From: Candidatus Woesearchaeota archaeon
GTDB lineage: Archaea > Nanobdellota > Nanobdellia > UBA10117 > JABICX01
DNA length: 64,000 nucleotides
NCBI GenBank assembly: GCA_018652045.1
Contig: JABICX010000017.1
Coordinates: forward strand, 6,293 to 70,292
Direction of reading: 5' to 3'
A model generated the notes under the pieces. It had not been told where the DNA came from, did not search any database, and saw only the letters and a list, made by a program, of their open reading frames with translations. The position numbers were made by a program, and so were the translations under genes. Shown here in pieces: positions 59,401 to 64,000 of the stretch (position 1 is its first letter; every line of letters starts with the position of its first letter).

Positions 59401-60323
59401 AATTCCTGATAATTGGCGATCTACATGGAAGGATGCCTAGGATACATTACAAAGATTTTGACGCAATTATTGCTCCGGGAGATTTTTGCTCAGACAAAGA
59501 ACTTGGTCCAATCTATAAAAAATGGTTTAAACACTTAAAAAAATACTCTGGCAAAAAACTCAAGAAAGTACCTGAGTTTGACGAGTTCATTGGAAAATAT
59601 GCTAGCAAAAAAGAGGTCAAAAACATGGAAAAACGGTCTCTTGCGCAAGGCCGAAAGATCTTAAAGTTTCTTAACTCATTTGGAAAACCTGTATTCATCA
59701 CTCCAGGAAACTGGGATCAAAGTTACGGACCTACGCGAATTAAGGACATAAACAAAAACTCATACACCTACAGAAAGGCATTTGCTGATTGGTGGTTAGG
59801 CAAATACACAAACAAGAAACTAACAAAAGGTCTAAAGAACATTCATGATTGTCAATACAAACTTCACAAGTTTCAGGAGTTTAACATCATTGGTTATGGT
59901 CTAAGCAGCGGTCCAGAAGCACCAAAATCAAAGTACAAAATAGGTGATTCTAAAAAACAAGACATTAAGAAACTAAACCTTGCTTACAAAAAGCTAGTTA
60001 AACAGTTAGACTCTGCGTACAAAACACGAGATCGTTCAAAACCAACAATCTTCTTATCACATAATGTTCCATATAAAACAAAGGTTGATGTTGTTGTAAA
60101 CAAAGCCTCATATGCACACAACCTTCATGTAGGATCTTCTGTTGCTAGACAGTTCTGCGAAAGACACAAGCCAATAGTATGCATCGGTGGCCATGTTCAT
60201 GAACACCACAAGAAGACTACGATGAAAGGAACTCCAGTGATAAACGCAGGATATGGTGCAAAAGTAAACACTCTTCTAGAAACTAAAAATGGTAAAATCA
60301 AAGACATTAAGTTCTTTGGTTAA
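59397..60323 (+). CDS. Calcineurin-like metallophosphoesterase
   Basis: GDLHG, PGDF, GNWD, GGHVHEH motifs. Confidence 0.75.
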   Translation: MKFLIIGDLHGRMPRIHYKDFDAIIAPGDFCSDKELGPIYKKWFKHLKKYSGKKLKKVPEFDEFIGKYASKKEVKNMEKRSLAQGRKILKFLNSFGKPVFITPGNWDQSYGPTRIKDINKNSYTYRKAFADWWLGKYTNKKLTKGLKNIHDCQYKLHKFQEFNIIGYGLSSGPEAPKSKYKIGDSKKQDIKKLNLAYKKLVKQLDSAYKTRDRSKPTIFLSHNVPYKTKVDVVVNKASYAHNLHVGSSVARQFCERHKPIVCIGGHVHEHHKKTTMKGTPVINAGYGAKVNTLLETKNGKIKDIKFFG

Positions 60324-60335
60324 TAATCAAATCTT

Positions 60336-60935
60336 TTAAGCAAGTTCAGAATCTTTTATCCTATAGAAAACAGTCTTGTCAACCATGCGCTTGCTCAAGA
60401 ATCCCCAGTCATGTAACTTGTTTAACTTAAGTGATGCATTTGATCGTGAGATGTGAAACTGTTCTGCAAGAGACTGCGCGTCAAGTTCCTTATGTTCCTG
60501 AATCCGTTTAATCATCTCCTTCTCGTGATCGTTCATATGTGGATCAGCAATTACTCGGTTCACAATCTGCGTCGGAGTTTCTTTGCCAGACTTTGCTCCT
60601 TTCTTCTTTGACGAGTTAGGCTTGCTAGCAGAGTCCAGGTATTCCAGTGGAACTTCTTGCGCGTTACGAATCACCTTAATTCGTCGTTGTTCAAGTTTGA
60701 CTATTCGATCGTCAAAGCCGCTGAGCTTCCTGTCAAACCGTTTGATCGTCTCGTTAGTGGTGGCAAGTATCTGCTCGTTGATGACCTTTGCCTGAGTTAA
60801 TGGATGCGCCTGAAGATCCTTATACACTGCCTCCCAGTCTGTCAGAATCCTTTGTGCCTTAATGTTCTGCTTACTCTCAGAACTAGCAAAGATAGTCCTC
60901 AACCTAGTGATTATGCCTCTTTTTCGTTTAGCCAT
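60336..60935 (-). CDS. Transcriptional regulator with C-terminal winged HTH
   Basis: LDAQSLAEQFHISRSNASLKLNKLHDWGFL. Confidence 0.5.
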   Translation of the reverse strand: MAKRKRGIITRLRTIFASSESKQNIKAQRILTDWEAVYKDLQAHPLTQAKVINEQILATTNETIKRFDRKLSGFDDRIVKLEQRRIKVIRNAQEVPLEYLDSASKPNSSKKKGAKSGKETPTQIVNRVIADPHMNDHEKEMIKRIQEHKELDAQSLAEQFHISRSNASLKLNKLHDWGFLSKRMVDKTVFYRIKDSELA

Positions 60936-60957
60936 TGCGTACAGCGTTTTTCTATGC

Positions 60958-61039
60958 GTTCAACACACGCTAACAAGTGTTTAACAGAAATTTAACTCGT
61001 TTGGCACTTATATATTTTATGTTCAACACCGGTTTGGCA
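60958..61039. promoter_or_regulatory. Candidate operator: imperfect inverted repeat GTTCAACAC...GTGTTTAAC plus a second GTTCAACAC copy, upstream of the regulator gene
   Basis: GTTCAACAC at 60958 and 61021. Partner GTGTTTAAC at 60977. GTTTGGCA repeated at 61009 and 61032. TATA-like TTATATATTTTAT between. Confidence 0.4.
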
Positions 61040-61218
61040 GCTATTTAACCTGAAAATCTAGCTTAATAACCTACAAAAAATACTTACTAACCGTAGCTCT
61101 GGCTCAGAGGTCAAAAGTTAGTTCTACATACTCAATAATAGTCTCATAGTAAGAGTAACCTCAAAGAGAGAGTTGATACTGTAAGATAGAGTTCAAGGAA
61201 AGAGTACAAAAATACTAC

Positions 61219-61971
61219 CTACATTTTAAGTAAGTTATACCTCTTGAAGGACTTACGCTTGTAACGTACAAAGTAGAGATATAGAAGTATAGCAATAGTA
61301 AGTGGAACAACCACCCATATAAGGTTAAAGTGAGTTTTTGAGAGAATCAAGGTAGGTTTCTTTGCGTCTACAGTAGGTTCAACAACGTCTATGTCTAAGT
61401 GAGCGTACTCAATAGTCTGGCCAGATACACCCATAATACTAAAGCTGTAGCTACCAACTGCAAGAGTATCTGCAATAGTAAGGGTAAATCCCTCCCTTAC
61501 CCCCGGTTCGAGCCTAAAATCCGTCTCATCTAAGGTGATATAGTCTACACCCTTAACCACACTCAAAGCGACTCTAACATTAACCAGATCTATGTTCTCT
61601 ACATAGTAATATAGTTCTTTTTCTACACCTAAAGTGAGCGTCAACTTATCCGTACTTGGATCGATCTTAAACAAAGGACTAGAGAAACCAGATCTACTAC
61701 CATAGCTACATGAGTTATCAACACAGGTATAACCTACATCACAGCCACAGTCAATACAGCACCTGTCTGACTCTTGATATCCACAGATCTCATCACCACA
61801 TGTAGAGGCACGTAATCTAAGGTTAACCTGCCCATTACCTGCAGTATCATACCCAACAATAGGTGTATCATAGTAACTTAAAGTGAGTATGATCAGGAGT
61901 GCTAGAACAACATATATTGGAAAGAATCTCTTCAAATGCTGAGTGTTGTGCATACTTAAACCTACACACAT
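61219..61971 (-). CDS. Secreted Cys-containing surface protein with C-terminal TM anchor
   Basis: Signal-anchor, Cys-rich knot (CGDEICGYQESDRCCIDCGCDVGYTCVDNSC), C-terminal TM plus basic tail. Confidence 0.55.
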   Translation of the reverse strand: MCVGLSMHNTQHLKRFFPIYVVLALLIILTLSYYDTPIVGYDTAGNGQVNLRLRASTCGDEICGYQESDRCCIDCGCDVGYTCVDNSCSYGSRSGFSSPLFKIDPSTDKLTLTLGVEKELYYYVENIDLVNVRVALSVVKGVDYITLDETDFRLEPGVREGFTLTIADTLAVGSYSFSIMGVSGQTIEYAHLDIDVVEPTVDAKKPTLILSKTHFNLIWVVVPLTIAILLYLYFVRYKRKSFKRYNLLKM

Positions 61972-61997
61972 TTAATTTATATGTTTCTAAAGTGAGA

Positions 61998-63095
61998 CTA
62001 CTTAGAATACTTACGCTTCATAAAGAACATAGCAACGAGTAATACTACTCCGCAGACAGCTACAACAGATCCTATAACCATGTACATATTAACCGGTCTT
62101 GACACAACTAATGTAAAATCACTAACTTCCGTCTTATCTGCATAGAAAAGTGTGGCTTGACCTGAATGTTCACCAAGCTCCATACTTTCAGTCTCAATAT
62201 AGGTGCTAAAGACAGGATTAGTCCACGGACCAACCGTCTCAGTCTGACTAACTGCAGTTATTCCGTCAATATTTACCTGTACGTATACGTCAGGTATTGG
62301 CTCATTCCATTTACTGGAGGTAGTTATATCTACTCTAGCTCGCCAGCCTTGTGGAACTGTTTCAGCCACAACATCGAGTATATTCATAATCAGATCACCA
62401 ACTCTAAAAGTTGTGTCTGCAGTAGTTGACCCGCCCTCATATTCAACAGTAACACTTGTAGCATATTCCCCAACACGTGCTTCAGAAGTCTGCCACTCAA
62501 AAGTCTTAGAAACAGATGCTTTTGAACCAATATCCTCAAAAGTGATAGGTATTGTATCCGTTACACCATTACCTAAAATATTAATCACGCCAATAGATAC
62601 AGGAATATTGTCAGTACCATCATTAGTTATATCAATTATAATTGGTACTGGTTCTCCAATCTTAACATCTTGTGCAGATATAGTTGCACGTAAGTACTCT
62701 CCGGGATAGGGTACATCCATTACAATAAAAGATCTAACTGCGCTTGTAACTGCAATCGTACCTTCACCTGTTGGTTTTTCTGCAACCTTAAAGAATAACT
62801 TATTCTGACCTGGAGGCATAGACTCAGGTATATTCATCATAATCTTTATCTCAGCATAACCTTTCGCGTCAATGAAAACTTCATGCTTATCAATTGAAAG
62901 GTATTGTTCGGAATCAGGTTCTACATTCACGGTCGCGGTTATCATATCATCACGAGTGTTCCGTATAGTAAAACCCAATACTTCCTGAGTACCTGGCACA
63001 AAATCTCTTTGCTGACTTGAAGGTATAATACCAATAGCCATACACTCAGGTATAATCAAAAATAAACACAGTACAACCATGAACTTTAGTTTCAT
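61998..63095 (-). CDS. Secreted surface protein (Ig-like beta-rich) with C-terminal TM anchor
   Basis: Signal peptide, beta-rich repeats, C-terminal TM plus KRKYSK. Confidence 0.55.
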   Translation of the reverse strand: MKLKFMVVLCLFLIIPECMAIGIIPSSQQRDFVPGTQEVLGFTIRNTRDDMITATVNVEPDSEQYLSIDKHEVFIDAKGYAEIKIMMNIPESMPPGQNKLFFKVAEKPTGEGTIAVTSAVRSFIVMDVPYPGEYLRATISAQDVKIGEPVPIIIDITNDGTDNIPVSIGVINILGNGVTDTIPITFEDIGSKASVSKTFEWQTSEARVGEYATSVTVEYEGGSTTADTTFRVGDLIMNILDVVAETVPQGWRARVDITTSSKWNEPIPDVYVQVNIDGITAVSQTETVGPWTNPVFSTYIETESMELGEHSGQATLFYADKTEVSDFTLVVSRPVNMYMVIGSVVAVCGVVLLVAMFFMKRKYSK

Positions 63096-63132
63096 AGTTA
63101 TCTAAATACTCTAAAATATTAAAGGTTAGTGT

Positions 63133-63837
63133 TTACGATGTTTCTGTAGCTGTAAACTGAAGGGTTGCGTTTCTATCTGTTGCAGGCATGTCTACAGGTA
63201 TAAAAATCTGTATACTAACATTAAACTCGTGAGATCCAACATAACCTAGACTAGTACATGCGTTTTGTGGACCACCCCATGCATCAAAGTGAGTACCATT
63301 TGTAGCTAGATCCCCTTCACAACCCAGTGTAGCAGATCTATTTGTTACTGTAAACCTAAACTCTCCTGGTGCAGGACTTGCACCATAAACAAACTTATCT
63401 GTAGCAGCGCCTGAGTCAGCAGTACGGTTAGACGTATGTGTAGCGTCTACAGTTATAGAAACATTAACGTTCCCAATATTCTTAACACGCAACCAACTTG
63501 GGTACGTTGTATTTGTAGCAGTACATTCTGATGGTGCAGTCAAGTTTGAAGAACTAACATTTAACCCACTTGCACCAGGGGTACATGTACCAAAGTCAAT
63601 GACGCTGCTTGGTATTGATATTGATGCCTGTGTTGTAACATTAACCTGTGCTCGACCATCAACTGTTGACGCCCAACTAGTTATGCCATCACCTGTAAAG
63701 AAAAGCCCGCCCGTTAAAAGAATTAAAACTGCAGCTAACAAAACAAGATTATTCTGCTGCTTCATACTAACTATAAAGCCCGTCTTCTTTGGTTTTGCTT
63801 TCCTACGTCGGCTAGTCTGTGTTTTCTTCGGCATCAT
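63133..63837 (-). CDS. Signal-anchored secreted protein dense in N-glycosylation sequons
   Basis: Basic N-terminus then TM; 10 or more NxS/T sequons in about 180 aa. Confidence 0.55.
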   Translation of the reverse strand: MMPKKTQTSRRRKAKPKKTGFIVSMKQQNNLVLLAAVLILLTGGLFFTGDGITSWASTVDGRAQVNVTTQASISIPSSVIDFGTCTPGASGLNVSSSNLTAPSECTATNTTYPSWLRVKNIGNVNVSITVDATHTSNRTADSGAATDKFVYGASPAPGEFRFTVTNRSATLGCEGDLATNGTHFDAWGGPQNACTSLGYVGSHEFNVSIQIFIPVDMPATDRNATLQFTATETS

Positions 63838-64000
63838 TTACTCCAGGAGCATCATCTTGCGAACCGATTCTAAGATTAACCTGTCCACCACCAAATGTTT
63901 GTGATCCGCCCACATCTTCTATTTCGTCACTTGAATCTGAAAGAATATAATAACTAAATATAACTCCGGCTATAACTAGCACTGCCAACATACTGGCTAC
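63812..64000 (-). CDS. Partial CDS, C-terminal end of a membrane protein
   Basis: Reverse-strand reading gives VASMLAVLVIAGVIFSYYILSDSSDEIEDVGGSQTFGGGQVNLRIGSQDDAPGVNDAEENTD before a stop at 63812. The N-terminus lies outside the window. Confidence 0.35.
   Translation of the reverse strand, partial: VASMLAVLVIAGVIFSYYILSDSSDEIEDVGGSQTFGGGQVNLRIGSQDDAPGVNDAEENTD

Noticed and set aside
58597-60323. Integrated mobile element inferred from the tyrosine recombinase
   Set aside because: There is a single recombinase with no adjacent tRNA, no direct repeats and no phage or plasmid genes. More parsimoniously it is the chromosomal XerA dimer resolvase.
61085-61110. Hairpin CTCTG-GCT-CAGAG as a terminator for the 61219..61971 gene
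   Set aside because: It lies about 110 nt beyond the stop and lacks an adjacent T-tract. Too weak to annotate.

Overview
AT-rich archaeal chromosome segment. The gene content and the small, compact proteins suggest a DPANN-like lineage, though no phylogenetic evidence is available from sequence alone. The first ~29 kb is dominated by information-processing genes: Kae1, a HerA-type ATPase, a rearranged secE-spt5-L11 / L1-L10-L12 ribosomal cluster, AlaRS, FtsZ, an FKBP, a Ca-type P-ATPase, a two-tRNA island followed by a GC-rich non-coding stretch, RFC small and large subunits, IleRS, TBP, MCM, an RPA-like OB-fold protein, aIF2-beta, and two more tRNAs. The remaining ~35 kb looks accessory. It holds many secreted or membrane-anchored Cys-rich, acidic or N-glycosylation-rich surface proteins, a PdaD-like/agmatinase pair, several wHTH regulators with repeat operators, and an intergenic array of ~18-nt palindromic-core repeats. 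It also contains a tightly overlapping 5-gene operon of unknown function (CHAP-like, HExxH, protein-kinase-like), a short UvrA-like ATPase, and a copper-resistance locus (CopZ, an HMA-membrane fusion, CopA, a CxxC lipoprotein) flanked by acidic Cys-rich secreted paralogs. Further along are a divergent proteasome-beta-like protein, a membrane-anchored SNase/LTD nuclease, UppP, a XerA-like recombinase and a terminal surface-protein cluster. No rRNA, CRISPR array or obvious IS element was seen. All assignments come from motif recognition in the supplied translations; no database search was possible.
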